A stretch of DNA of 64,000 bases from Capsulimonadales bacterium (GCA_033762295.1 JANRLW010000018.1:1-64000), one strand, 5' to 3'; numbered from the stretch's first letter, positions 50,691 through 61,414 are shown. Translations and numbers: made by a program. The notes: generated by a model from the letters alone, not told the origin.

Positions 50691-51629
50691 TCAGGGGTAG
50701 ACCGCCCGCAGTACCAGACGTGTTTCCGGACGATCGCCGATCAGCGCGAATCGGGCGTCCTCGTAGCGTGGCGGTCCCAGGCGGACTTTCGGATTGGAGG
50801 ACGCTCCGAACCCTTCCAGGGGATAACCGAACGAGGTATCGAAACTCCCGCTCCGGTTCTCGTCATGGACGAAGGCGGCGGCGTAGTCTCCCGGCGGCAG
50901 GTCCGGGAAAGCGACGGTCGCCGTCGCGTTCAGGACGGGTACCACAGCGGTGCGGTAGGCCTTTTTCTCATCGCTCGGGAAACCGTCGCCCTCCCGGAAG
51001 AGCGAAAGCAGGACCTCCCCTCGATCGTTCCTCAGACCGGTGCAGAGCAGGGTCAGGGTGGAATTCCGGGCGGGCCCGGAAAGACGGGGATGCGTCTCAA
51101 AGAAACGCCAGACCGGACGCGGATCGCGCGCCTCCTCGCGCACGTCGAGGGCGAACGTCGCTTCGGACGACGGTGGCGGTTCGCCGGGTCCGATGCAGGA
51201 GACGGCGGTCACACGCTTTGCCGTCGTCGTCACCGAAAAGGCCCGGCGATCGGTGACGAGGAAAAGACGGGCCGGGTCGATCGTCACCCGTTCGCCGACC
51301 GCCGTGATCAGGCGTTCGGGATCGAGCGGAGAGTCGTCGGGATCGATCCTCCCGCCGACGACCGCGAATCCGATCCGATCGGACAGATTTTCCCACCCGG
51401 TCTTTCGCAGCAGTTCACCGGCCGATCGCTTCTCGGAGGTAAGCACCAGCACCAGCGGCGCGGGTCGATCGGGCTCGAAATTCGGCGGGATATGCAGGAC
51501 GAAGCCTGTCTTTCCGGATTCCCCGATCGAAAGGTCGTGAGTCCCCGCACGGATCGCTTCCTTGGGGGTATCGGAGCCGGGCAGCAACAGGGCCAGAAGG
51601 AGAAGGTACGGGGCGCGGTAGTCGGGCAT
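50691..51629 (-). CDS. Secreted protein: eroded esterase-like N-terminus plus DUF2141 C-terminus
   Basis: 'PLVLVL...DRIGFAVV...IDPARLFL'; 'LPPGDYAAAFVHDEN...PLEGFGASSN...GPP'. Confidence 0.7.
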   Translation of the reverse strand: MPDYRAPYLLLLALLLPGSDTPKEAIRAGTHDLSIGESGKTGFVLHIPPNFEPDRPAPLVLVLTSEKRSAGELLRKTGWENLSDRIGFAVVGGRIDPDDSPLDPERLITAVGERVTIDPARLFLVTDRRAFSVTTTAKRVTAVSCIGPGEPPPSSEATFALDVREEARDPRPVWRFFETHPRLSGPARNSTLTLLCTGLRNDRGEVLLSLFREGDGFPSDEKKAYRTAVVPVLNATATVAFPDLPPGDYAAAFVHDENRSGSFDTSFGYPLEGFGASSNPKVRLGPPRYEDARFALIGDRPETRLVLRAVYP

Positions 51630-51669
51630 GATCGCTCGGGACGGATGGAAACTGCGGTATTGTATGGGA

Positions 51670-52071
51670 ATGAACCCAGCTTTGCAAATGTCCCTGAAGG
51701 CGGCGGGGTGGTGGTCGGGACTGCGTCGAGGCTCCCTGGCGACCCGGCGCGCCGGCATCGAGTTCGAGGTATCGGAGGAGCGAGGCGCGGGCGGGCGGAC
51801 GGAACTGCGTTATCGCTACCGGACCGAAACCACGCTCGCCGAGGGGGATGTCTCTTTGCCCGCGGACGCCACGCGCGCGATGGTGGAGGACGCGATGACC
51901 CAGATCTATCTTCGCGTTCATGAACGCCCGGACCCGACCCGGGTCTTCGGAGGGGGCAGATCAAGCCATGCCGAACGACGCGCCGAACGACACGCCGCGC
52001 CGAACGACGCTTCGACCGCGCAAACGCAGTCCGTCCCCTCCGACTCTCCACAGGGCGTGCTCGATTTTTAG
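51670..52071 (+). CDS. Hypothetical protein
   Basis: Fills the gap; start uncertain (51664, 51670 or 51688). Confidence 0.5.
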   Translation: MNPALQMSLKAAGWWSGLRRGSLATRRAGIEFEVSEERGAGGRTELRYRYRTETTLAEGDVSLPADATRAMVEDAMTQIYLRVHERPDPTRVFGGGRSSHAERRAERHAAPNDASTAQTQSVPSDSPQGVLDF

Positions 52072-52754
52072 ACGCCCGACCGAACCTTGCGACGCCGGAG
52101 CGCCAGTCCCCAGCCCGCCCCGCACAGAATCAGCAAAAGCGACCCCGGTTCCGGCGCGGACGCCCCGCTGGCGGCGATTCGCAACTGGTACGATGTGCTG
52201 CCGGTAAAGGTCGGCGGACCGAACACCTCCCAGGTCAGACCGGAGGTGGACGATCGAAGGATCGCTCCCTCACCCCCGGTCAGCACCGTCCCTTCGCCCA
52301 GGTTGCCCCCGTTGTTCGAATGGAACCAGAAGAAGTCGCTGCCGACCCCCTCCGCCGCGGTCGAACCGAGCACCGCCCAGTACTTACCGCCCGGATTGAG
52401 ACCGGTCAGAATATTGGCGAACGTCAGAACCTGCGCGCCGGTGCCGACCGGGGTGGCGGTGACAAAGTTCGCCGGGACGATCGCCGGAGTTCCGGCAAAG
52501 TCGGCAAAAATGCCCAGACGCAGCGGGTCGGTCGTTTTGGCGTTGACCTGAATCGTCACATCGACGGAAGTATAGGCATTCGGCCCGTTCAAAAACGACT
52601 GCGCCAGAAGATTTCCGGAACTCAGAGAGACAAATCCGCTGCTGAAACCGTTGGCGCCGGGGAAGTTATCCACGATAATTTGCGCATGAGCCTTGCCGAC
52701 GCCGAGCAAACAGAAGGCGACGCCGACAAAAACGGGAAAGGTTGCTTTTTTCAC
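52068..52754 (-). CDS. PEP-CTERM protein (choice-of-anchor R-like)
   Basis: Signal peptide AHA|Q; 'LAQSF', 'LNPGGKYWAVL'; APEPGSLLLILCG...RRRK. Confidence 0.85.
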   Translation of the reverse strand: MKKATFPVFVGVAFCLLGVGKAHAQIIVDNFPGANGFSSGFVSLSSGNLLAQSFLNGPNAYTSVDVTIQVNAKTTDPLRLGIFADFAGTPAIVPANFVTATPVGTGAQVLTFANILTGLNPGGKYWAVLGSTAAEGVGSDFFWFHSNNGGNLGEGTVLTGGEGAILRSSTSGLTWEVFGPPTFTGSTSYQLRIAASGASAPEPGSLLLILCGAGWGLALRRRKVRSGV

Positions 52755-52973
52755 GTTTTTCCTCCACCGTCATTATGGCCGAAGAGACCACGTATTTCAG
52801 GCGGTGTGCATTCTTTCACCGGAAAATCTCTCGCGTCGAACCGGTCCGGTAAGGTCGGCGTCCGCCCGGTGCATCTGTGGTATCCTCGAAAAGGAATACA
52901 GGCATTCGTAAGGATCGTGCCGGCCGGACTCACTCCGGTGACGCAGGACGAATCTCATCGAGGAGGAGCAGGT

Positions 52974-53780
52974 ATGTCAGCCATTATTGAAGGCGTGACG
53001 ATGGAACAGATCGCCGACTTCCATCGCAACGGGTTTATCGCTCTCGGGCCGATCACCGACGCGGCGGAACTGGAATGGATGCGCGGCGTCTACGACCGCA
53101 TCTTTTCCGAACGCGCCGGGCGGGAGTCCGGCGATCAGTTCGATCTGGGCGGCACCGACGAGGAAGGTAAAGAGGCTGTCCTGCCGCAGATCCTGAACCC
53201 GTCCCGGTATGCTCCCGAACTCAGGGAAGGGAACTACCTGAAAAACGCCGACCGGATCGTCAAACAGCTTCTGGGACCGACCGCCTCCGTCGGCATCGCC
53301 CACGCCATTTTCAAACCGGCGGGCACCGGCGCGGCGACCCCCTGGCATCAGGACGAAGCCTACTGGGACCCGGCGCACCTCTACTATTCCGTCTCCGTCT
53401 GGATGCCGCTGCAGCCGGCGACGATCGACAACGGCTGCCTCTGGTTCGTTCCCGGAAGCCACCGATGGGATGTTCTCCCGCATCGCAGTATCGGCGGCGA
53501 CCCGCGTATCCACGGTCTGGAGTTGGCGGTGCCCGATCCGGACGTTCTGCTCGCCGGCGCGGTCCCCTGCCCCCTCGAACCGGGCGGGATCACGATCCAC
53601 CTGAACCGCACTCTGCACTATGCGGGCGCGAACACGTCGGATATCCCGCGCCGCGCATTGATCCTGGGCGCGGGCCTGCCCTCGCTTCTCCATCCCGGCG
53701 AACGGCGTTTCCCCTGGAACGAGGCCAAGATCACCCCGCGACAGGAGCGGGCGCGGGAAGCGGCCGGAGCCGCCCGGTAA
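52974..53780 (+). CDS. Phytanoyl-CoA dioxygenase (PhyH) family protein
   Basis: SD AGGAGG; 'TPWHQD', 'NGCLWFVPGSH', 'TLHYAGAN'. Confidence 0.9.
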   Translation: MSAIIEGVTMEQIADFHRNGFIALGPITDAAELEWMRGVYDRIFSERAGRESGDQFDLGGTDEEGKEAVLPQILNPSRYAPELREGNYLKNADRIVKQLLGPTASVGIAHAIFKPAGTGAATPWHQDEAYWDPAHLYYSVSVWMPLQPATIDNGCLWFVPGSHRWDVLPHRSIGGDPRIHGLELAVPDPDVLLAGAVPCPLEPGGITIHLNRTLHYAGANTSDIPRRALILGAGLPSLLHPGERRFPWNEAKITPRQERAREAAGAAR

Positions 53781-53785
53781 CCGCC

Positions 53786-56275
53786 TCAGTCCCAGTTCAG
53801 CGTCAGGACCGGACCGAAACGGCCCGAGCCGTGGAATACCAGCGGGTCCGGTCCGACACTGACCAGATACAGAGTGACCGCCTGACCGGGATGGGAACGA
53901 ACCCAACCGGTGACATCGAAGGTGACCGGCAGGACGGCCTTCCGAAGAGGATCGGCAGCGATCGGGACCGGATGGTTCGCTCCCGGCAGGGCGACGATCT
54001 TCGTCTCCGGTCGGTGCCCCGGCGCGTTCGACCAGGTCACCTTCCCCGGTTGCCAGAGACCTCCCCCCTCGACACCGGCCACCACGACACCGGCCAGCCT
54101 GCCCGCATCGGGGCGCGGCGCACGAAAAACGACCGGATCGAGACGCAGGGTCAATAACGCGGAGACGGGCGGCTTTTTCCGGTCGAAATCCGGGACGATG
54201 AAGCGCAACAGCGCCGCCTGGCGAATCTCTCCTCCCGGATCGGTCCGGGTACGAAGCCGTTTCTCCCCTCCGAAGTTGCTTTCCGGCAGGTCACTGTCGA
54301 CGGTCAGAGCGGCCGTGGCCGGAACGGTCTGTCGGTCCCGGACCCGCCCGTAGACCGCAAGTACGCCGGTCCGTGTCGGAACAAAGACCTTGCCGCCCGC
54401 CACGGTCGGCGCGACATCGGACGGCAGATCGCCCGGGCTGTCCGCTCCCGACGGGTCCTCTACGCTCGACCAGACCGATCTCAGCGTTGCCCCGTCGGCG
54501 TTTCCGGACGGGAGAGCGGCATAGGCGCGAAGAACCCCGCCGTCCGAACGCGGGTCCCGCTCCTCGCCGGAAAGCAGCGCCCAGAGGAGACCTGAAGACG
54601 CTTTCCCGCCATTGGCCGACAGGGCAAGGTTCACCCGTCGCGGGGCGGGCGTTCCCTCCGCCGTCAGACCGGCCGACGCGACCTCCGCCCAGCGACCGTT
54701 TCCACGCCTCAGCAACGCGAGATCGTTATCGGAGGAGCGCAGATACAGAAGATCGGCGTCCCCGGAGCGTGACCAGCAGACGGGTGTTGTCGGGAACTCC
54801 GGTGCGTCACCGGGGCGCAGGGGGACCGGTTCGACGGCGGGGTTGGTCTTCGGAACGAACGCCCCCAGGCGACCGCCGGAAATCGAATAAAAAGCGTCTC
54901 CGAGTCCGGTCGTCAAAACGACGCTTTTACCGCCCGCATCGGGGGGCAGGAGGACGACGCCCGCCGCCCCGGACGAATTGGTATTCCCCGATAGCCGCCG
55001 CTGATCCGGGGGCGTCAAGTAGTCGGCGACGAAGATGCGGCCACCGACGGGACGTGTCAGGCGAAGCAGCGTGTTGCCGTAATCGTTTCCCAGCGTCAGA
55101 TTTCCCTGATCGTCCTGCCGGGTGAACGGCCCGCGCCCGGTCACGACATAAACCTCGCCCCGGGCGTCGGCGGCGGGGCCGACGCCGCCCATCCCGATTC
55201 CCGCCGCGACCGGGTTCGCAAGACGCAGTCCGAAGGGATCGTCGATTCGTGGTCGGACCGTCACGGCGTCCGGCGAAGTGCAGAAGACCCCTAACCGTCG
55301 GAGAGAGCCGGCGTCATAGGCGAACAACCAGCCATGCGTCGCCTCAAACCCCCGCAGGTTCCGAACCGTGCCGAAGGCGTCCGCGTCGAACACACTGGCG
55401 TACTCGGGACCGGCGCAGGGCATATCCCGTCGTCCATCGAAGGCCACATAGAGGATTCCGCGGTCGAGCAACAAGCCCGCCCGTTGCAGATGATGATACG
55501 GACGAAAGACGACCGTTTTGCCGTTGCTGCCGTCGCCCTTCCCCGGAACGCCCCCGGCGATCTCGACCGGCTTGCGGGCGACCGCGCCCGTGGCGACATG
55601 GAGCGCATGCAACTGATAACGGTAACGGATCGAACCGCCCGACCGGGTCGCCGTCGCCGCCACCACATAAATCAGCCCCGTTTGCACGTCGATGACCGGC
55701 GTTCCCGTAATTCCGATGCGCGGAGCGACGTCCCGAAACGGCGTCATCAGGGGAACCTTGACCGTGTTCAGGACCGGTTCGAACGCGGCCGGAATCGGCA
55801 GTCGCAGGGAGGTACGGAGAACATAGGCCAGCGGAAAACGGACGGTGACGGTGAAAACGGACGAAGGGATGGCCGGACCGAGGTTTTTGACCCAGATCGG
55901 CAAAGTGTCAGGACCGACCGCGGCGTCGGCGTCAAACGCATAGACGGAGTTATTGCCCGTCGCGACAAACACGAGGTTGCGCCGTCCCTTCCCCGGCACC
56001 GGTACGTCGGGCAGGTAGAGCGGTTGGGCGTAGATGGCCCCGTCGACCGGACGGACACTGCGTTTTCCGAACCGAAGCTTCCCTGACCGTTCCGCGGCGA
56101 CGGACTCCGGAGTCAGTTCGGTTTCCCGCAGGTTCGCGCCGGATCGCCGGTTATCGAAGCGATGGGTCGCGACGACAGGCCGGTCCGGCGTGGGTGTCTG
56201 CGGACGAACCGCCGGAGAGGAAACGAGAAACAGACAAAGCGTAACGACAAAAAAACGCAAACGATCCACCCTCAA
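53786..56275 (-). CDS. Secreted PQQ-like beta-propeller with C-terminal CBM96/DNRLRE-like domain
   Basis: 'DNRRSGANLRET.LTP', 'VDGAIYAQPLY', 'GITGTPVID'; C-terminal 'ALLRF...VTWSNAP...FDVTGWV'. Confidence 0.7.
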   Translation of the reverse strand: MRVDRLRFFVVTLCLFLVSSPAVRPQTPTPDRPVVATHRFDNRRSGANLRETELTPESVAAERSGKLRFGKRSVRPVDGAIYAQPLYLPDVPVPGKGRRNLVFVATGNNSVYAFDADAAVGPDTLPIWVKNLGPAIPSSVFTVTVRFPLAYVLRTSLRLPIPAAFEPVLNTVKVPLMTPFRDVAPRIGITGTPVIDVQTGLIYVVAATATRSGGSIRYRYQLHALHVATGAVARKPVEIAGGVPGKGDGSNGKTVVFRPYHHLQRAGLLLDRGILYVAFDGRRDMPCAGPEYASVFDADAFGTVRNLRGFEATHGWLFAYDAGSLRRLGVFCTSPDAVTVRPRIDDPFGLRLANPVAAGIGMGGVGPAADARGEVYVVTGRGPFTRQDDQGNLTLGNDYGNTLLRLTRPVGGRIFVADYLTPPDQRRLSGNTNSSGAAGVVLLPPDAGGKSVVLTTGLGDAFYSISGGRLGAFVPKTNPAVEPVPLRPGDAPEFPTTPVCWSRSGDADLLYLRSSDNDLALLRRGNGRWAEVASAGLTAEGTPAPRRVNLALSANGGKASSGLLWALLSGEERDPRSDGGVLRAYAALPSGNADGATLRSVWSSVEDPSGADSPGDLPSDVAPTVAGGKVFVPTRTGVLAVYGRVRDRQTVPATAALTVDSDLPESNFGGEKRLRTRTDPGGEIRQAALLRFIVPDFDRKKPPVSALLTLRLDPVVFRAPRPDAGRLAGVVVAGVEGGGLWQPGKVTWSNAPGHRPETKIVALPGANHPVPIAADPLRKAVLPVTFDVTGWVRSHPGQAVTLYLVSVGPDPLVFHGSGRFGPVLTLNWD

Positions 56276-56378
56276 TGGCGTCTCTTTCCTTCGGAGTGAC
56301 GATGCGGGGACATTTTACCGGAAACGACGGAGGTTGTCTGCCGTGTCTCGTTTCCGCCCGTGTTATAATGCGGCGTCT

Positions 56379-58289
56379 ATGTCACCGAATTCTCGAAACG
56401 AGCGGAGTTCCTTCGGAAGTCGCCGCCGCTTCCTGCGCTCGCTCGCGGGAGGGACGCTGCTCCTTTCCTTTCGGCCGACGCCCGCTCACTCCGCCGCGGG
56501 ACTCGGAACGTACCGTGATCTGCTCGACCGCGCCCTGACCTCGATGGAGCAGGGGGATCATGCGGCCGCGCTCTCTCCGCTGAAAGAGGCCCTGCTTCAG
56601 GACCGGACCGAAGCATGCGGTCTTCTGGCGCTCGGAACCCTCTATCTGCACACCGGCAGCGCGACCCGGGCGCACCAGGAATTCCGCCGCGTTCACCTTT
56701 CCTTTCCGAAGGACGAACTGGCCCGGTGGGGCCTGTGCCTGTCGACTTTCGGGAAAATCCCCTTCGTCGGCAACGAGACGGCTTCCGGGAAGGCCTCGCC
56801 GGACGACGAGCCGGAAATTCCCGAGTCGGAGATTCCCGAGCCTCTTTCCCTGCTTTTTCAGGAGTACCGTATCCTGATGAGCGGCAAGCCCGAACCGGTG
56901 CGCAACGCGACCTCGTATGTGACGACCGGGGAAAAGGATCTTCTGCGACTGGAGATCGCGGGGTTCGCCGCGCTGCGCAGCGGCGATACGGAACGGGGCC
57001 TTTCCCTGCTGCGAACCCTGACCGAGCACCCGTCGATGCGCCCTCTGGCGGAGGATCGAGCGCTCCTGTTCTCCTTTCTGCCGGAGGCGCCGACGCAGCC
57101 GGGCGCACCGACTCTCCCGTCCGCCATCGGTCTGCCGGAGCCCAAAACGACCGCCACCATCTCCGGCGCGGTCCGATTGACGCCTCCCCAGCCGCTTCCG
57201 GACGGTGTGGCTTTTGTTGCCTACGATGTCCGGGGCGGGGGTGGTTACACGGCCAGCACGAACTACTCGCCATTCACCGCCGAATGGAATTCGACACGGT
57301 TCCCGAACGGCCTGTATCTGATCCGGGCGGTGGCCTATGACACCAACGGTCGGGAGTTACGGACCGCGGAACGCGCCGTCACCGTCGCAAACCGGGCCGC
57401 GCCGCTGTCCCGCTCGCTCACTTCGGACGCCCGCCGGGAGTTCCGTGAACGTCTGCTCCGACTTCTGACTCCGCGACCGACCCGCAAAGCCGCCCACTAC
57501 GCCCTGGCACAGGCGGCCGCCCGACGCGGAGACGAGGCGACCGCCCTTCGCCATATCGAATCGGTGGTCGCCATCGACCCGCTGTACCAGAATGCCCGGG
57601 CGTCTCTCCGGGAGTACAACCGGGAGGTCATCGGCAAATGCGCTCCGATCTGGCGCGCCGTCACCCGGGAGAAACTGGTCGCCCTGACCTTCGACGACGG
57701 CCCGCATCCGGTTCACACCCCGACCCTTCTCGATGCGCTCCGGGCGGCGAACGCGGTGGCGACCTTTTTCGTTGTCGGGATTCGTGCCGAAGCGGTGCCG
57801 GAAATGCTGCGACGGATGGCGAACGACGGGCATGAACTGGCGAACCACTCCTACTCGCACCCCAACCTGACCTTCCTGCCGCGGACCGGGATCGAACGCG
57901 AGTTATGCCGTACCTCCTGTATCGTGCGGGAAGCGATCGGGAAACGCCCCCGGTTCTACCGGCCGCCGGGCGGGAACGTTAACCGGATGGTCAGCGACGT
58001 CGCCGAAACTCTCGGGATGGCCGGGGCCTACTGGACATTGGACGGCCTGCGCTACGAACGTCCGCCGTTTTCGGCGAAGCACCTGACGAAATACCTTCTG
58101 GACCACGTCCGTCCGGGCGCGATCCTGCTCCTGCATAACGCTCCGGCGAACACGATCGCGGCCATCCCGGAGATCGTCCGAGGTCTTCGGGCGAAGGGTT
58201 ACACCCCGGTCACGATGAGCGAACTGGCGCGCCGCGCCCGTCCCGCCCCTCCGGATGAAAACTTCCGACCCTCGACCATGCGCGAATAG
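56379..58289 (+). CDS. Tat-exported TPR/Ig-domain polysaccharide deacetylase (NodB/CE4)
   Basis: SRRRFL Tat motif; TFDDGP, HELANHSYSHP, RPPGG, ILLLH. Confidence 0.88.
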   Translation: MSPNSRNERSSFGSRRRFLRSLAGGTLLLSFRPTPAHSAAGLGTYRDLLDRALTSMEQGDHAAALSPLKEALLQDRTEACGLLALGTLYLHTGSATRAHQEFRRVHLSFPKDELARWGLCLSTFGKIPFVGNETASGKASPDDEPEIPESEIPEPLSLLFQEYRILMSGKPEPVRNATSYVTTGEKDLLRLEIAGFAALRSGDTERGLSLLRTLTEHPSMRPLAEDRALLFSFLPEAPTQPGAPTLPSAIGLPEPKTTATISGAVRLTPPQPLPDGVAFVAYDVRGGGGYTASTNYSPFTAEWNSTRFPNGLYLIRAVAYDTNGRELRTAERAVTVANRAAPLSRSLTSDARREFRERLLRLLTPRPTRKAAHYALAQAAARRGDEATALRHIESVVAIDPLYQNARASLREYNREVIGKCAPIWRAVTREKLVALTFDDGPHPVHTPTLLDALRAANAVATFFVVGIRAEAVPEMLRRMANDGHELANHSYSHPNLTFLPRTGIERELCRTSCIVREAIGKRPRFYRPPGGNVNRMVSDVAETLGMAGAYWTLDGLRYERPPFSAKHLTKYLLDHVRPGAILLLHNAPANTIAAIPEIVRGLRAKGYTPVTMSELARRARPAPPDENFRPSTMRE

Positions 58290-58319
58290 GTCGTCCGTAC
58301 GGCGTTCCGAACGACGGCT

Positions 58320-58757
58320 TCACGCCGCGTCCCGGTTTTCGACCACCGCCTTCCGTACCGATTCGATACGGAGCGCCATCGCGACCCCGGTCAGGCAGAC
58401 CGCGGCCAGCAGGGCATCGAGATTCAGCAGCAGTTCGTCCCAGCGGAAGGCGCGGTTCCCGATCCCATACCGGTTGCTGTCGAGGGCCAGCAGAATCAGA
58501 ACGGCCCAGAGAATGAGGGCATTTCCGGGATGGGGATTCGGGATCGGAATATCGGATGCGCGACGCGCCACGACGAAAAGGACGCCGAGGGCGATTCCGG
58601 CAAAGATCGTCGTAATCGCCGCGAAGATCCCGAAACTGATGACGAAATCCATCGGCGGTTCACCTCCCTGAAGCGAACGGCGTCGCCACTGGAGCGCCGC
58701 CCACTGCAGGGCGAACCCGATGACGAAATACAGCGCCCAGATAACTCCCTTCGACAT
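58320..58757 (-). CDS. Hypothetical 4-TM membrane protein
   Basis: Four hydrophobic segments; SD GGAGG. Confidence 0.7.
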   Translation of the reverse strand: MSKGVIWALYFVIGFALQWAALQWRRRSLQGGEPPMDFVISFGIFAAITTIFAGIALGVLFVVARRASDIPIPNPHPGNALILWAVLILLALDSNRYGIGNRAFRWDELLLNLDALLAAVCLTGVAMALRIESVRKAVVENRDAA

Positions 58758-58774
58758 CGAAACGACCCTCCATC

Positions 58775-59521
58775 CTAAGGAACCGGTCTACGGACCAGCG
58801 GAAACGTCGCATGCTTTTGCAATACGCTGACGTGCGGAATCCCCTCGTAGAACGGATTGTTCTGATAATGGCAGACGATATTCGATCTTTCCGTCGTCGG
58901 ATCGGCTTTGGAACCTTTGTGGGGAATATGGGAGAAAAAGATCACGCAATCTCCCGCCTTCGGGAAAACGACCTCCGTCTCCAGCGACTCGGCCCAGGCA
59001 TTGAACGCCGCTTCGGAGATCGGCCAGCCGCCGGCGCGGGTGATGTCCACCGGCGGCGCGATCCGATGCCCGCCTTTTACATAGGTCAACTGCGCGACTC
59101 CGGGACCGTTATCCTGAAAATAGAAGGTCGTGTTGATTCCGGTAGCCCGGGAGGCGTACGGCGCGGTATCGTCCTGCTGCCAGTATCCGTAGAAATCGAG
59201 GTGCCATTCCTGATCGTACGGACCGGGATTGATATGTCCCCGCAGAGAACGAAGCTGACACTGCGGCCCGAACAGAGCATCCAGGTACGGTCGAACGCTC
59301 GGATGTCCGACCAGGGGTCCGAACACCTCGGGCATCCGGTCAAGGAGCGAGTCGAACCACATATTGCCGACGTGGTTGAGTCCCTCCTCCCAGCCGTTGC
59401 TGCGTGCGGTATTCAGTGCGACCCGGCAACGCTCGGTCTCCTCCGGCGTCAACGCCCCCGGAAGCAGCAGCCAGCCTTTTTCCTCGAAAGTCGCCAGGTC
59501 CTCGGCGATAATCCGGTTCAT
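58775..59521 (-). CDS. PhyH family Fe/2OG dioxygenase
   Basis: 'FEEKGWLLL', 'WHLD', 'KAGDCVIF...HKG...RSN'; start 59521 or 59593. Confidence 0.85.
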   Translation of the reverse strand: MNRIIAEDLATFEEKGWLLLPGALTPEETERCRVALNTARSNGWEEGLNHVGNMWFDSLLDRMPEVFGPLVGHPSVRPYLDALFGPQCQLRSLRGHINPGPYDQEWHLDFYGYWQQDDTAPYASRATGINTTFYFQDNGPGVAQLTYVKGGHRIAPPVDITRAGGWPISEAAFNAWAESLETEVVFPKAGDCVIFFSHIPHKGSKADPTTERSNIVCHYQNNPFYEGIPHVSVLQKHATFPLVRRPVP

Positions 59522-59719
59522 GGAAAGCCCCTTCGTCCGGGCGTCACCCGACGGGGCGATTCGACCGGCAATGTCTCTTTCGTCTACTGACATTCATTGT
59601 AGTTAACCGCCTTTTGCCTGTCAACACGAAACAAGCGTCCGACGCTTGACACCGAAGGTTCGGTGTCGTTATAATTTCCGGGCGTTCAAACATATTTCGC
59701 GCCCTGGAAGCCGGACGAG

Positions 59720-60520
59720 ATGCCGGAACGACCACCGGAAACGGGCGCTGCGGACGAAATCGGGGAAATCGGGGAAGCGGAGAAGGCGATCCGGGTATGC
59801 GATCGGCTCGATGCGGAGTACGGAACGCCGGTCTGGCGGTCGCATGGGGAACCGCTGGGGACGCTGATCGGGACGATCCTTTCGCAGCATACCTCCGACA
59901 GGAATAGCGGGCGGGCCTACGATCAACTGCGCCGCGCTTTCCCGACCTGGGATGCCGTGCGGACGGCTCCGATCCCGGAGATCGCCGAAGCGATCCGTTC
60001 GGGCGGACTGGCCGAGGTCAAGGCGCCGCGGATCCGCGCGGTTCTGGAACGGCTTTATGAGCGCGAAGGCAAAACGACGCTCGATTTTCTGGAACGGATG
60101 CCGACCGGGGAGGCGAAGGCGTACCTGACCGGTTTTCCGGGCGTCGGCCCGAAAACGACGGCCTGCGTCCTGATGTTTTCGCTGGGGCGACCGGTTCTGC
60201 CGGTGGATACGCACGTCTTTCGCGTGTCGCATCGCCTGGGACTGATACCGAAACGGCTGGGGGAAGCGAAAGCGCACGAGGTCCTGCAGGCTCTTCTGCC
60301 GGACGACCGGGTGTATGCGTTTCACGTCCATCTGATCCGGCACGGACGCCGGGTCTGTACGGCGTCCCTCCCGCGTTGCGGGGCCTGTGTCCTGTCCGAG
60401 CGTTGCGACTATTTCCGAAGCGGCGCGGCATCCGCTTCCGTCGCCCCGGCGAGGGGGGCGACCGCGCCCGGATCGGATTCGGCGGAGACGCTGCACGGGT
60501 TGCCGTCGTCGGCGGAGTGA
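59720..60520 (+). CDS. nth: Endonuclease III-family HhH-GPD glycosylase
   Basis: 'ILSQHTSD', 'PGVGPKT', 'VDTHVFR', C-x6-C-x2-C-x5-C 4Fe-4S motif. Confidence 0.85.
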   Translation: MPERPPETGAADEIGEIGEAEKAIRVCDRLDAEYGTPVWRSHGEPLGTLIGTILSQHTSDRNSGRAYDQLRRAFPTWDAVRTAPIPEIAEAIRSGGLAEVKAPRIRAVLERLYEREGKTTLDFLERMPTGEAKAYLTGFPGVGPKTTACVLMFSLGRPVLPVDTHVFRVSHRLGLIPKRLGEAKAHEVLQALLPDDRVYAFHVHLIRHGRRVCTASLPRCGACVLSERCDYFRSGAASASVAPARGATAPGSDSAETLHGLPSSAE

Positions 60521-60715
60521 CGCCGGGGGAACGTGTCGGGGTAACTTTCGGTAGGCCGGAGACGTATATCCTGCAGGAAAGGATGGCGTCGCCGCGCCTG
60601 AGACAGGAATCGCCTGACGTTCCGGCGAATAGTGTCCGGACGACCGGTGGCTTTCGGGTCGGACCGGCGAAAAATTGTGTCCTTTCCGTCTTCGGGCGAA
60701 CAGGGGAAAACACCG

Positions 60716-61414
60716 ATGATGAGAACGGGGATTCGGGCCGGCCTTCCGGCGGCAGGTCTGCTGGCGGGGATTGTGGGGACGATGGCGTGCGCGGGAGCGC
60801 AGACCGCGGCGGTGCGGAGCAAAACCGCGCCGGGCGGCAAGCCGCCGCTCAGCATCACGAGAGCGAATCTGGCGCAGCAGGCGGCGTTCACGGTCGTACA
60901 GACACTGGCGCCGAAAGGCGGCGACAAGCTGGTTCGAACCTACACGGTTCGGGTAAAAGGCAACAAGGCACGGATGGACTACGACGACCCGTCGATGGGT
61001 TCGGTGCGTTATCTTGCCAACGAAAAAGGCGTCTTTTTCTACATACCGGCGAATCGGAGCGCGATGAAGCAAACACTCAAAGGCGGAGTCGAAGGGGCAT
61101 TGAAAGTCGCATTTGCGCAGTACGCCACTCAACTGGCGGGCGCGCGGAAGATCGGCGTCGCGACCGTTTCCGGTCAGCCGACCACCGTGTACAAGGAAGC
61201 GCAGAGCGGCGCGACGATTTACCTGGGCACTCGACCGGGGTTTCGCCTGCCGGTCAAGGCGGTCATCGACAACGAAGGGGGGACTTCCACCTTCCTGGTG
61301 ACCGATATTAAGTTGAATGTTCCGCTGAAGGAGGATCTGTTCGCTCTTCCGGCCGGGACGCAGATCATGGAATCGAGCGGAGGCGACCCGGCGTTTCCGG
61401 GAGTCGCCCCCTGA
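60716..61414 (+). CDS. Secreted LolA-like/DUF4412-like protein
   Basis: Signal peptide; 'KGNKARMD', 'IKLNVPLKEDLFALPAG'. Confidence 0.65.
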   Translation: MMRTGIRAGLPAAGLLAGIVGTMACAGAQTAAVRSKTAPGGKPPLSITRANLAQQAAFTVVQTLAPKGGDKLVRTYTVRVKGNKARMDYDDPSMGSVRYLANEKGVFFYIPANRSAMKQTLKGGVEGALKVAFAQYATQLAGARKIGVATVSGQPTTVYKEAQSGATIYLGTRPGFRLPVKAVIDNEGGTSTFLVTDIKLNVPLKEDLFALPAGTQIMESSGGDPAFPGVAP

